A stretch of 64,000 nucleotides of DNA from Nitrospinales bacterium (lineage in GTDB: Bacteria; Nitrospinota; Nitrospinia; Nitrospinales; JAJDAT01): positions 1,716 to 65,715 of the forward strand of contig JBHHYO010000008.1 of NCBI GenBank assembly GCA_046757665.1, in the 5' to 3' direction. Below the pieces are notes generated by a model, which searched no databases, was not told the origin of the DNA, and was given only the letters and a program-made list of their open reading frames with translations. Shown piece by piece: positions 19,494-28,798 of this stretch (positions within the stretch are counted from its first letter, which is position 1; every line of letters begins with the position of its first letter). The translations under genes were made by a program, and so were the position numbers.

Positions 19494-21197
19494 ATGATTG
19501 TCAAGACAACCTTGATCAATCCTCCGCAAATTTTTACCAAGAGTCAGGTAGCCTCCGGGGTTACCCCGCCGTTGGGTATCGCCTACCTTGCGTCTTACCT
19601 TATTCATAGAAAATGTCCGGTACAAGTTATTGATGCTTTGGGAGAGGCGCCGGAAAAAATCTCCGCTTTCAAAAAAGAATCCTTTTTGCGTGGTTTATCC
19701 TTTGAGGAGATCGTAAACAAAATTGACCCCCAATCGCAGTTGATAGGAATTTCCAATCTGTTCAGCTTTGCCTACCCCGCAGTGGAAATATTGTTCCGGA
19801 AAATCCATGAACGGTATCCGGATAAAACAATAATTTTAGGAGGACCTCACCCTTCCGCTCTTTACAAGGAAATTCTTTTACAGAATCCGCAGGTAAGTTT
19901 TGTGGCGTTAGGCGAAGGGGAAGAAAGCCTTTTCAGGCTGGTCAGGCATCTTGATGGAGAATTGGATTGGAATGAGCTAACGGGCATTGCCACACGCAAT
20001 GGCGACGAAAAAGTTCTCCTGCTAGAATCCACCAAGCGCATCAGCGACCTCGAACAAACCAATATTCCCTTTCCCGCCCGGCATCTGCTCCCCATGGAAA
20101 ACTACATTAAGGCCCAGGAATCGCACGGGCCTTCTTTGGGCAGATGGACCTCCATGCTCAGCTCAAGAGGATGCCCCTATGGCTGTACTTTTTGCGAATC
20201 CAGAAGGACAAAGTGGTTTGCGCGTTCGGCCAGGGACGTTGTAGATGAAATGGAGCATTGTATCCAGGAATATGGGATCAGCGAGTTTCACTTTGAAGAC
20301 GACAACATGACGATCAATAAAAGCAGATTGATCGAAATTTGCGATGAAATCTTAAAACGCGGCCTCAACATCAAATGGCAAACACCCAATGGCATTCGGG
20401 CCAGCATCACCGACGAAGAAATGCTCAGAAAGATGAAAGCAAGTGGATGCATGCATATTACACTGGCCCCCGAAAGCGGATCCGAAAGAGTTCTCAAAGA
20501 CATCGTCGTAAAAGGACGAGATTTCGACCTGGAGCAGTTGAAAGATTGCGGCGCCCTGGCACACAAGATTGGACTGAAGGTGGCGGCATTTCTGATCCTG
20601 GGTTTGCCCGGAGAGACCAAAGAGGATATGGAAATGACCATCCAGTACGGCAAGGAATTAGCCAAGGCAGGTGTAGACGAAGCCGCTTTTAGCCTTTTTA
20701 TCCCTTTGCCGGGAACTCCTCTATGGGATGCCGTCAGCGACCAACTTGAAAACGTGGACCTACTTGACCTCCTGGCGGCGGGCGATTTAAACAGAGCCAA
20801 ATCCTGGAATGCTCATATTTCCGACGATGAACTGAATGCCTATCGTCGGAGGGCCTATTTATCCTTTTTCTTCACTCGCATGATTTATCATCCGCTGAGC
20901 TTTCTCAAGTCTGTTTCAAACGTTTTTCGCAATATTGAGGAAACCAAAACAGAGAGAACATTGCGGCAATTTCTGAAACGGTTTAAGATCAAAAAAAAGA
21001 AGTTTACTTCCGTGAACGAACACGTCCCCGCGGTTCAAGAAGATTTAAACGCTTATCCCTACGATGCCACCGCTTCGATGAAAGTTCTTTTTCAAAATGG
21101 ACCTCAACACGCTTATGGTCATAGCCTGTTAAAGACGTATCGCTTGATTTTAAAAGAATTCCTTGCTTTCATATCACCTGACAAAAACAAACCTTAA
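19494..21197 (+). CDS. B12-binding-domain (class B) radical SAM protein
   Basis: 567 aa. N-terminal B12-like domain (LINPPQ..PPLGIAYLASYL, ILGGPHPS). Radical SAM cluster SSRGCPYGCTFC. ESGSERVL motif. Confidence 0.85.
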   Translation: MIVKTTLINPPQIFTKSQVASGVTPPLGIAYLASYLIHRKCPVQVIDALGEAPEKISAFKKESFLRGLSFEEIVNKIDPQSQLIGISNLFSFAYPAVEILFRKIHERYPDKTIILGGPHPSALYKEILLQNPQVSFVALGEGEESLFRLVRHLDGELDWNELTGIATRNGDEKVLLLESTKRISDLEQTNIPFPARHLLPMENYIKAQESHGPSLGRWTSMLSSRGCPYGCTFCESRRTKWFARSARDVVDEMEHCIQEYGISEFHFEDDNMTINKSRLIEICDEILKRGLNIKWQTPNGIRASITDEEMLRKMKASGCMHITLAPESGSERVLKDIVVKGRDFDLEQLKDCGALAHKIGLKVAAFLILGLPGETKEDMEMTIQYGKELAKAGVDEAAFSLFIPLPGTPLWDAVSDQLENVDLLDLLAAGDLNRAKSWNAHISDDELNAYRRRAYLSFFFTRMIYHPLSFLKSVSNVFRNIEETKTERTLRQFLKRFKIKKKKFTSVNEHVPAVQEDLNAYPYDATASMKVLFQNGPQHAYGHSLLKTYRLILKEFLAFISPDKNKP

Positions 21198-21341
21198 AAT
21201 TTTTAGCGTGTTCCTCAGCAGATTGCTTTGAATCCATTGGAAGAGGAATCCCCCGCTTTTTACCCAACGCCCCCGCACCTGTTTCATCTTTAAACAGTCC
21301 CTTGCCTTAAAATTATTTTTGTTTCTTTGAAATCACAGAAA

Positions 21342-23015
21342 ATGCCTGCATCCACACAATCCACCTTTTCCGCAATTGCCGGAAACGACCGTTTTCTTCT
21401 TCCCCTGGTTTGTTTCCTGATGTTTATCAAACGATTCCTTTTGTTGGATTATGGATACAACTACGAGGAAGGGAAAGAATTGGAATGTGTCATCAACATT
21501 TTAAATGGAAAGATGATCTACAGAGACTTTTTCTGGCAGTATGGCCCGGGGCCTCTGTATGTGTTCGCCTTGCTGTTCAAGATATTTGGCGAGGTGAATT
21601 TTTTGATCCCGCGAGGAGTGGTTTCTTTGGTTGCCGTTCTAACCACTTTTTATTCTTATCGTGTTGCCAGAATTTATCTCCCCGCTCCGTGGGCTTTTTG
21701 GGCCGCCCTGATGGCATCCTCGGGCTTAGCGGCACGAGAGGGCACCTACGGTCACGGGTTCGCCTACCTGGGAATGATTGCTTCATTTTATTACTTGCTA
21801 CGATTTTTTAAACGGGAAAGTTCGGAAAACAGCCTGATCGCATCCGGCTTGTTCGTTTTCATGGCTTTGCTCAGCAAACCGATTGTCTTTGGAGCCGGGG
21901 CGGTCGTGAGCGGCCTTTTCGGCCTTGGGTTGTGGACACTGTGCAAACCCGCAAAACAACTACCCTGGATTCCCATTGCAAAATTTTTGGCCGCTGGCTT
22001 GCTCCCGGCTTTCTTCGTCTTTGGTTATTTGTTTTGGCATACCCCGACCAATCTTTTCATAGCCAGCCTGCTTCCCATGACTTCCGGATCACTTTCCTTG
22101 GGGGAATTTAATATCAAGCCACTATTCCCCCCAATACCGGCGGCACCCTGGCAGGAGTGGCTGACGGGATTAAACAAGTATCTTGTCGATTCTTTCAGAT
22201 GGTGGACCATCCTGTTGACCGTGGCGGGAGGAATCGGGGTGATTATCAAAGGGTGTTTCAGGGATGGGAAAAGTTTCCATGGCTACTTTTTTCTGGTGAT
22301 TTTATTAATTTACGCTTTGCTGGTCGAATCCGAGACAATCATCCTGATCCAGCGTCCCATTACTTTTTATATCAATATGCTTCCAAGCTACATTTTGCTG
22401 GCCATGTTTTTAATTTGGCTCAAAGAAAAAATGACTGGCGCGGTTTTCGTGCGAAGCGTTGCCTTGATTTTTTGTATCACTTATTTTTTCTATCCCCCGA
22501 TCCGATTGGGTTTGTACTATTGGACGAACACCAAACCTTTGGCGCTGAAATACGCGGAAAATATAAAGGTCCCCGATTATACCCGCACGACTTATCGAAA
22601 CATTGCCGAATACATTCAAAAACATACCCCTCCCGAAAAACCTATCGTTTTTGCCGGATACAACAGTTTTATCTACTTGTCCTCAAACCGGGCGTCGCTG
22701 TTTCCCGAAGATTTTGCCACGTTTACCAGAGTTTCATTCCACCCTTACCACAGTGGGAAAGCGCCGTTTCCCAAAGCGTTTTATAAAAAGGCCGAGGCAA
22801 AAATCGTTGAGCGCATTCAAACCGGTTCGGCATCCATGATTTTAATTCCCAAGGCCTATCTGGAGGAAAACAACCTGAAAAAATCTGTGTTTTTGCAATA
22901 CCTTGTGAAAAATTGGAAAAGCCGGGGAGTTTTAAATTCAGGCCTCAGGCCGGGCCCGTTTGACAAGGTTGATTTGACACTGGAGGTTTTTGTTCGCGAA
23001 GGCAAAAACGGTTGA
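21342..23015 (+). CDS. polytopic membrane protein, GT-C (ArnT/PMT)-like glycosyltransferase (putative)
   Basis: ATG 21342 (the ORF opens with TTG at 21327). At least 10 hydrophobic segments in the first ~400 aa, an acidic first loop (DYGYNYEEGKE) and a soluble C-terminal ~150 aa. Last gene of the low-GC island. Confidence 0.6.
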   Translation: MPASTQSTFSAIAGNDRFLLPLVCFLMFIKRFLLLDYGYNYEEGKELECVINILNGKMIYRDFFWQYGPGPLYVFALLFKIFGEVNFLIPRGVVSLVAVLTTFYSYRVARIYLPAPWAFWAALMASSGLAAREGTYGHGFAYLGMIASFYYLLRFFKRESSENSLIASGLFVFMALLSKPIVFGAGAVVSGLFGLGLWTLCKPAKQLPWIPIAKFLAAGLLPAFFVFGYLFWHTPTNLFIASLLPMTSGSLSLGEFNIKPLFPPIPAAPWQEWLTGLNKYLVDSFRWWTILLTVAGGIGVIIKGCFRDGKSFHGYFFLVILLIYALLVESETIILIQRPITFYINMLPSYILLAMFLIWLKEKMTGAVFVRSVALIFCITYFFYPPIRLGLYYWTNTKPLALKYAENIKVPDYTRTTYRNIAEYIQKHTPPEKPIVFAGYNSFIYLSSNRASLFPEDFATFTRVSFHPYHSGKAPFPKAFYKKAEAKIVERIQTGSASMILIPKAYLEENNLKKSVFLQYLVKNWKSRGVLNSGLRPGPFDKVDLTLEVFVREGKNG

Positions 23016-23056
23016 ACATCGGATCCGTTTTTTCATGGGCGGTGTAACCTTTGCGG

Positions 23057-24067
23057 TCAGCCGTCCACATCGACCAGTTGCTTGACGGACAAGTGGTCGC
23101 GGAGAATAAAGTACAGCCCCGCCAGCACCACCAGCCCGACGTTCAGCGCCCAGGCCATCATGCCGAAACTCACCGCCGCTATCTCGGATTCGTTCAGGAT
23201 TTCGTGCAGGGCAATCAACACTCCGGCGTGGAACGATCCGACAAAACCGGGCGTCGGCAGGGTGGCAATGAAAATACAAATGACCACCACCAGCATCACC
23301 AGGGATGCGAGCGATTTATCCTGCAAATCGTAGGCCCAGTACAGGGGATAATAACTGATAACGATGAACACCCAGACGATGACGGAATACAGGGTGATCT
23401 TGACCAGGGCCTTGAAATCCCGGACGACTCGAAATCCCTCGCTGAAGGTTTCCATCAGGTGCTCGACTTTATCGTGCCATTTTTTCGGCAGGGGAACCCA
23501 TTTGACCAGCGCGACCATCCAGGATCGTTTGAACAGCATCAGATAAATAAAAACGCAAAGCGCCGCCACCATACCCGTCGCCAGCAAACCGAATTTAAAA
23601 GCAAGTTCGTCCAGGGTCATTCCCGACCACTGGCTACCGGAATCGAACGCATCGGCGTGAAACAGCAAAAGCCAGGCGAACAGTCCCAGCACCATTAGCG
23701 TGTCGAACAACCGTTCGACGACAATGGTGGCGAACGAGCCGGAAAAGGAAATGTCTTGCTGTTTGCCCAGAAGGTAGGCGCGGATAAGTTCTCCGGCGCG
23801 GGCGGGCAACAGGTTGCCCATATAGCCGATCATCAACGGCGAGTAAAGTTTGCCCGCCTCGACCGGTTTTATGGGAACCAGCAGTTCCTGCCAGCGGTAG
23901 GCCCGGGCGACGAAGCTGAAAAATATCAGGAGGGAGGCGGGAACCAGGTAAATATAATCGACCGAGGCGAAGGACGCCGCCAACTCCTTCAAGGAAATGT
24001 TCCGCAACGTGAAGTACATGGCCAGGGCGGCGATCACCAGGCCGATGATCAGTGATTTGGTTTTCAT
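23057..24067 (-). CDS. UPF0104 / lysyl-PG-synthase-TM 'flippase-like' membrane protein
   Basis: ATG 24067 overlaps the ribF stop (ATGA). 336 aa, about 8 TM, conserved LLPARAGELIRAYLL. The upstream part of ORF 23057-24730 is Arg/Gly junk overlapping ribF. Confidence 0.7.
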   Translation of the reverse strand: MKTKSLIIGLVIAALAMYFTLRNISLKELAASFASVDYIYLVPASLLIFFSFVARAYRWQELLVPIKPVEAGKLYSPLMIGYMGNLLPARAGELIRAYLLGKQQDISFSGSFATIVVERLFDTLMVLGLFAWLLLFHADAFDSGSQWSGMTLDELAFKFGLLATGMVAALCVFIYLMLFKRSWMVALVKWVPLPKKWHDKVEHLMETFSEGFRVVRDFKALVKITLYSVIVWVFIVISYYPLYWAYDLQDKSLASLVMLVVVICIFIATLPTPGFVGSFHAGVLIALHEILNESEIAAVSFGMMAWALNVGLVVLAGLYFILRDHLSVKQLVDVDG

Positions 24068-24999
24068 CGAGAGCTGTGTTCCGTCAGTAAGGTTTTTGCG
24101 GTCTGGATGTCCTGTTCGATCTGCCGCACCAGGGCGTCCGTGGAAGAAAAAGCAACTTCGCCGCGAATACGGCGGATGAACCGAACGTCGATTTCCCTGC
24201 CGTAAATTTGCCGGTTGAAGTCGAACAGATGCACTTCCACGCTCAGGCGCTTGCCGTTGAACGTGGGATTGAATCCGACATTGACCACTCCCGAATGTTC
24301 CTCGCCGTCGAGGAACACGCGCACGGCATAAACGCCGCGGGGCGGCGACAGGTCCTCGTCTGGCCGGACATTGGCGGTGGGGATTCCGAGATTCTTTCCC
24401 GCCCGCCGTCCCTCGACCACGGGACCGGAGAGGGAGTACGGCCTGCCCAGCAGTTCCGCCGCCTGCTCCACTTCCCCGGCGCTCAGCAGGGTGCGAATTC
24501 TGGAACTGCTGACGATTTCGCCCCCGGCCTTGACGGGATCGACGATGTGAACCGCAAACCCCAGTTGCTCGCCGAATTTCGCCAGGTCGGCGATGGCGCC
24601 TTCGCGTCCCCGGCCAAAAACGAATCCCGACCCCACCATGATTTCCCGGGCGCGCAACCGGTCCGCAAGCAAGGTTCTGGCAAAATCCGCCGCCGGCATC
24701 CGCGCCAGGCGATGGTCGAATTCCTCGCAAACCACGCAGTCGATTCCGCAGTCCGCGATGAGCCGCATTTTTTGCTTGAACGAGGTCAGCAGGCGCGGAC
24801 TTTTTTCCGGAGCAAGGACTTTCACCGGATGCGGATTGAAAGTCAGCACTACGGACGTTCCGTTTTTCTCGCGAGCCTTTTGCACCACCCTGCGGAAAAT
24901 ACTCTGATGGCCCCTGTGAATGCCATCAAAATTGCCGATGGTAACGATGGGATAGGAAAAGGGGGTGAGGATATTTTGTGAACCGGATATGATTTCCAT
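24064..24999 (-). CDS. ribF: bifunctional riboflavin kinase / FMN adenylyltransferase
   Basis: ATG 24999. IVTIGNFDGIHRGHQ, GFVFGRGREG, PTANV, VEVHLFDF..IYG. 311 aa. Confidence 0.9.
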   Translation of the reverse strand: MEIISGSQNILTPFSYPIVTIGNFDGIHRGHQSIFRRVVQKAREKNGTSVVLTFNPHPVKVLAPEKSPRLLTSFKQKMRLIADCGIDCVVCEEFDHRLARMPAADFARTLLADRLRAREIMVGSGFVFGRGREGAIADLAKFGEQLGFAVHIVDPVKAGGEIVSSSRIRTLLSAGEVEQAAELLGRPYSLSGPVVEGRRAGKNLGIPTANVRPDEDLSPPRGVYAVRVFLDGEEHSGVVNVGFNPTFNGKRLSVEVHLFDFNRQIYGREIDVRFIRRIRGEVAFSSTDALVRQIEQDIQTAKTLLTEHSSR

Positions 25000-25173
25000 G
25001 AAAACATGAGTTTTTGATATAGTATCCAACCCGGCGCGGAGTGTCAACCGACGGAGTGTCCGTCCCGAACGCACCCGGCGCGGACGAATGGCCCCGTTCC
25101 CGGCTTGCCGCGAACCGCTTTGTCTGTTACCATGATGGCACACCCCGGAGACATTGTTTCCCAAGGAGCGGCC

Positions 25174-25449
25174 ATGTTCGACATTGGGTTTTTCGAGTTG
25201 ATGATTATCATGACCATCGCGGTATTGGTCGTCGGGCCAAAGAACCTTCCCCGGCTGGCCAAGGCGGTGGGCAAGGGCTGGAAAGAGTTCCAATCAACTT
25301 TCGAGGGCCTCAAGGACGAAGTGATGGAAGAGGCGGACAACCTGAAAAATTCCGTCAACATCGACCAGCTCGAACAAGATGTCTCCTCGGCGACGAAGAT
25401 CGACGTGGACGTAGACCTCAACCTCGACGACAAGCCGACCAAAAGCTGA
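25174..25449 (+). CDS. tatB: twin-arginine translocase TatA/TatB family protein (TatB-like)
   Basis: ATG 25174 with AAGGAG 6 nt upstream. MFDIGFFELMIIMTIAVLVVGPKNLP matches the TatB-type N-terminus. Acidic C-tail. Confidence 0.8.
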   Translation: MFDIGFFELMIIMTIAVLVVGPKNLPRLAKAVGKGWKEFQSTFEGLKDEVMEEADNLKNSVNIDQLEQDVSSATKIDVDVDLNLDDKPTKS

Positions 25450-25550
25450 CTCGGAGGCGTCTCTGCCCGGGCTTTTCCCTGTAGGAGGCGTCCCCTCTTT
25501 TGATTTTTAATGGTCCCGGTGCGCTCCGGAACCCCGCTCACCCCAAACCC

Positions 25551-25943
25551 ATGCTCAGCTCGGTCACTTTTCATCCCTTCTTGTCGCATTTTCCCATTGC
25601 CCTGCTGGTTGCCGGAGTCTGGCTTGTGGCTTCGGCGCGTAAAACCGGGGAAGACTGGCGGGTGGCGGCGGCCAGTTTCAATTTCAGCGTCGGGTTTCTG
25701 ATGTCCGTCCTGGCCGCCTTGACGGGCATGGTGTCCACCGACCTGGATTTGCGGACGGCGGAGGAAGTTGCCGGCCATCAGGGTTATTCATTTCTCCTGG
25801 TGATCGGCTATGGGTTTTGTGCCGCGTATTCCTACATCCGGGTATTTTCCAGCACCGCGTTCCTGTTCTATGGCCTGACCCTGCTGGCCATGTGCGCCAG
25901 CGCTTGGTCCGGTTATACCCTGGTCTTCCATCCCGAAGGGTGA
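25551..25943 (+). CDS. DUF2231-like membrane protein
   Basis: ATG 25551. HPFLSHFPIALLV signature and 4 hydrophobic segments. 130 aa. Confidence 0.6.
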   Translation: MLSSVTFHPFLSHFPIALLVAGVWLVASARKTGEDWRVAAASFNFSVGFLMSVLAALTGMVSTDLDLRTAEEVAGHQGYSFLLVIGYGFCAAYSYIRVFSSTAFLFYGLTLLAMCASAWSGYTLVFHPEG

Positions 25944-25972
25944 ACGGCGTGGAACCGCCCCGGATACCGGCG

Positions 25973-26419
25973 TCACCGCGCCAGCCGCGACAACTGTTCG
26001 TTCATCTTTTCCAGGCGGGTGACCAGGATGTTCATGAGTTTGTCCTGGATTTTCTTGGCCAGCACAAGGCCAAACTTGTCGATGGATTCCACGTCGAGTC
26101 TCAGGGCGATGACGTCGCCGTCGGCAATGACGCTGGTGGTGCGAGCCCGCTTGCCCACCCAGGACAGTTCACCGAAAATCGCCCCCGTCTTTAATTTGGT
26201 AATGGTAACTTCCTTGGGGACGGTTTTCACGACACGCACCACTCCCTTGAGAAGGATGTAAACGATGAATTCAAAGTCCCCCTCCCGGATGATGAATTCG
26301 GAGGGCGCAAAACGCATCACGTTGCTGTCCAGACTAGCCAGATCCTCCATTTCCTGTTGAGTGAGCTGGTTAAAAAAAGGAATGTTCTTCATCAGGTTCA
26401 CAATGGTTTCGTTTTCCAT
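25973..26419 (-). CDS. stand-alone cyclic-nucleotide-binding domain protein
   Basis: ATG 26419 preceded by GGAGGAGG. cNMP fold with FGELSWVGKRARTTSVIA. No DNA-binding domain. 148 aa. Confidence 0.8.
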   Translation of the reverse strand: MENETIVNLMKNIPFFNQLTQQEMEDLASLDSNVMRFAPSEFIIREGDFEFIVYILLKGVVRVVKTVPKEVTITKLKTGAIFGELSWVGKRARTTSVIADGDVIALRLDVESIDKFGLVLAKKIQDKLMNILVTRLEKMNEQLSRLAR

Positions 26420-26448
26420 AACCTCCTCCGTAAAATGCGATGGGAGTT

Positions 26449-26889
26449 TCAATCGCCAGGATTTGCCGTGATGCCACCCTCGGGCAAGCCGAACCGGTGC
26501 ACCAGCTCGCCTCCATAAAACCCCGTGGCCAGGATACCGGCCAGTCCCAGCACGAGGCACAGATAATAAAACGTATTAACCCACCATCGGGTTCTGAATC
26601 GGTTGAGAATGAGAACCGCCGCAAACACAACAGCGGTCAGAAACGCAAACAGCATATGCGAAACCAGGAAGCCCTTGAACTTCGGCGTTATGTCCAGGCT
26701 CCGGGCTCCCAGCGCTCCCACCACGACCACCGGCAGGGCGCTCCAGAATCCAAAACGGATGTTGAATCGCCCCGCCCGGACGATGGCATCCTCGTGTTGC
26801 AGTTGGCCGAACAACTCGAACAAGGTTCCGCTGACCAGCAGAGCCATGGGGAAATGTACCAGCAATGGATGAAGTTTAGCGAAAAACAT
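26449..26889 (-). CDS. DUF2231-like membrane protein
   Basis: ATG 26889. LHPLLVHFPMALLVSG signature and 4 hydrophobic segments. 146 aa. The upstream ORF extension is Arg-rich. Confidence 0.65.
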   Translation of the reverse strand: MFFAKLHPLLVHFPMALLVSGTLFELFGQLQHEDAIVRAGRFNIRFGFWSALPVVVVGALGARSLDITPKFKGFLVSHMLFAFLTAVVFAAVLILNRFRTRWWVNTFYYLCLVLGLAGILATGFYGGELVHRFGLPEGGITANPGD

Positions 26890-26909
26890 GACCGGATGTT
26901 TCACAAAAT

Positions 26910-27722
26910 TTATGTATCGTTTTCCTGTTTCCTTCGGGCCAGCTCGGCCAGGATAATGCCGGCGGCCACGGCGACGTTGAGCGACTGCATGGCATCGTTC
27001 CCGGGAATGCGCGCCAGGGCATCGCAACGCCGCTTGACGCGGGCGGAAAGTCCCTGCCGTTCGTTTCCCAGAACCACCACGCAGGGGAACGAAACCCGGA
27101 TTTCATAAAGAGAACGCCCGCCGTCCGGGTCGGCCCCCAGCACAAAAGGTTTTCCTGACCGCGCCTTGAAGTCCCGCAACGCGGACGGCAGGTCGGTGCA
27201 ATGGTAAAGGGGCACCAGTTCCAGGGCGCCTTCGGCGGTGCGTGCCGCGGAAGGCGTGATCACCGCCTGCTCCGGCCCGGGCGCCAGCAACAACCCGTCG
27301 ACGCCGAAATAAGCGCATGACCGCAAAACCGCTCCGACGTTGTGGGTGTTGCCCACGCGGTCCAGCGCCACCAGTACGGCGTTTGCCGGCAGGCCCGCCT
27401 TGGCCAGCCGGTGCACCGGCGCCGGCGGGAGGGGGCGCACAACCATCACCACGCCTTCATGATGAACACCGCCCGCCGCCTTGCTCAACGACTCGTCATC
27501 CAGCTCCCGGTACGGCAGTTTGCGGGAACCGCACCACTTTTTCACCTCACGCAAACCGGACGATCGTTGCCTGGAAAAAAAAATCCGCCGGATATCCTCC
27601 GGACGCCTTTCAAACGCCCTCATGCAGGCGTTCCACCCGCACAGCGTAAACTCTTCGTCCCGAATCCGCTGGGATCGTGTTTTCCGAATTTGCCGTCCCG
27701 TCGGGTCCGCTTGTTTCTTCAT
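26910..27722 (-). CDS. TrmH/SpoU-family RNA 2'-O-methyltransferase
   Basis: ATG 27722. SPOUT motifs NVGAVLRS, VLGNERQGLS, IPGNDAMQSLNVAVAAGI. Confidence 0.8.
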   Translation of the reverse strand: MKKQADPTGRQIRKTRSQRIRDEEFTLCGWNACMRAFERRPEDIRRIFFSRQRSSGLREVKKWCGSRKLPYRELDDESLSKAAGGVHHEGVVMVVRPLPPAPVHRLAKAGLPANAVLVALDRVGNTHNVGAVLRSCAYFGVDGLLLAPGPEQAVITPSAARTAEGALELVPLYHCTDLPSALRDFKARSGKPFVLGADPDGGRSLYEIRVSFPCVVVLGNERQGLSARVKRRCDALARIPGNDAMQSLNVAVAAGIILAELARRKQENDT

Positions 27723-27763
27723 CGTGAAGTATAAATCTAATTCCGGGTTTAAATCAATTTGAT

Positions 27764-28774
27764 TCAACCGTGTCCGCCCATCATGAACGCCTCGGTTGCC
27801 TCGAACCGCGGCAAGGGCAGATGGGAAACAGTTGCAAAAAATTCCCCGGCCAGGTCCGTTACGTCCCGCACGGCGCAAAGGGTGAACAAGCGCCGGCGAA
27901 ACGCCGCCGAGTCCGGATGGCCGGCGGAGATCCAGACGATCAGCTTGCGGATCAGGATCAGGGTATGGCGGATATCATAACAGGATTCCAGCAGTTCCAG
28001 GTAACGGCGCACCAGTTTCATGCGGTCGGGCGCGTGGCGGGGGGCCAGTTCTCCGGCGCATTCCAGGAAAATCCAGGGATTGCGCAAGGCTCCGCGGCCG
28101 ATCATGACGGCATCGGCGCCCGACTCACTTAGCCGCAGGCGAGCCCGCGGGGTGTCGCGGATGTCGCCGTTGCCGATCACGGGAATGACAGCGGCGCTTT
28201 TGACTTGCCGAATCAAATCCCAGTCCGCCTGCCCCGCATAGCCTTGCGACCGGGTGCGACCGTGCACGGCCGCCCACTCGCAACCCGCGTCGGCGGCGGC
28301 GCGCACGCATTCATGAATCGTCAATTCGTTGTCGTCCCAGCCGGTGCGCATCTTCACCGTCAGGGGCAGGCGGATATGGGTTTTGATTTTGTACAGAAAC
28401 CGTTCCAGGCCGGCGGGGTCGCGTAGCAGGGCGGCGCCGCAACCTTTCTTGACGACCTTTTTCACGGGGCAACCGAGGTTGATATCGAGAAAATGCGCCC
28501 CCGCCTCCTCCACGAACCGGCAGGCCTCGATGATGTCCTCCGCCGACTCGCCGAACAACTGCACCCCGACCAGGGTTCCGGGATTGGGGTGAACGCGGAT
28601 CATGCGGCGCGTTCGCCCCGAGTTGTAGAGCAGTCCCTTGGCGGAGACCAGCTCCGAGATCAGCGCCCCGGCGCCCATTTCATCCATCAACTGGCGGAAA
28701 CAGACATCGGTGATGCCCGACATGGGCGCCATCCAGAAAGCGTTGCGGGCGCGGCTGATCAGGTTGGACGACAT
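27764..28774 (-). CDS. dus: tRNA-dihydrouridine synthase
   Basis: MAPMSGITD, INLGCPVKKV, VHGRTRSQ, IGNGDI. 336 aa. Confidence 0.9.
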   Translation of the reverse strand: MSSNLISRARNAFWMAPMSGITDVCFRQLMDEMGAGALISELVSAKGLLYNSGRTRRMIRVHPNPGTLVGVQLFGESAEDIIEACRFVEEAGAHFLDINLGCPVKKVVKKGCGAALLRDPAGLERFLYKIKTHIRLPLTVKMRTGWDDNELTIHECVRAAADAGCEWAAVHGRTRSQGYAGQADWDLIRQVKSAAVIPVIGNGDIRDTPRARLRLSESGADAVMIGRGALRNPWIFLECAGELAPRHAPDRMKLVRRYLELLESCYDIRHTLILIRKLIVWISAGHPDSAAFRRRLFTLCAVRDVTDLAGEFFATVSHLPLPRFEATEAFMMGGHG

Positions 28775-28798
28775 GGGTTCAAGTACCTCAGAAATCTG

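Noticed and set aside
14280-23030. Mobile element (ICE, prophage or transposon) as the carrier of the low-GC island
   Set aside because: I could see no integrase, transposase, tRNA attachment site or flanking direct repeats. I therefore call it a compositional island only.
24068-24730. N-terminal 221-aa extension of ORF 23057-24730
   Set aside because: The extension is Arg/Gly/Pro-rich and lies entirely inside ribF on the same strand in another frame. The real membrane protein starts at ATG 24067 with an ATGA overlap.
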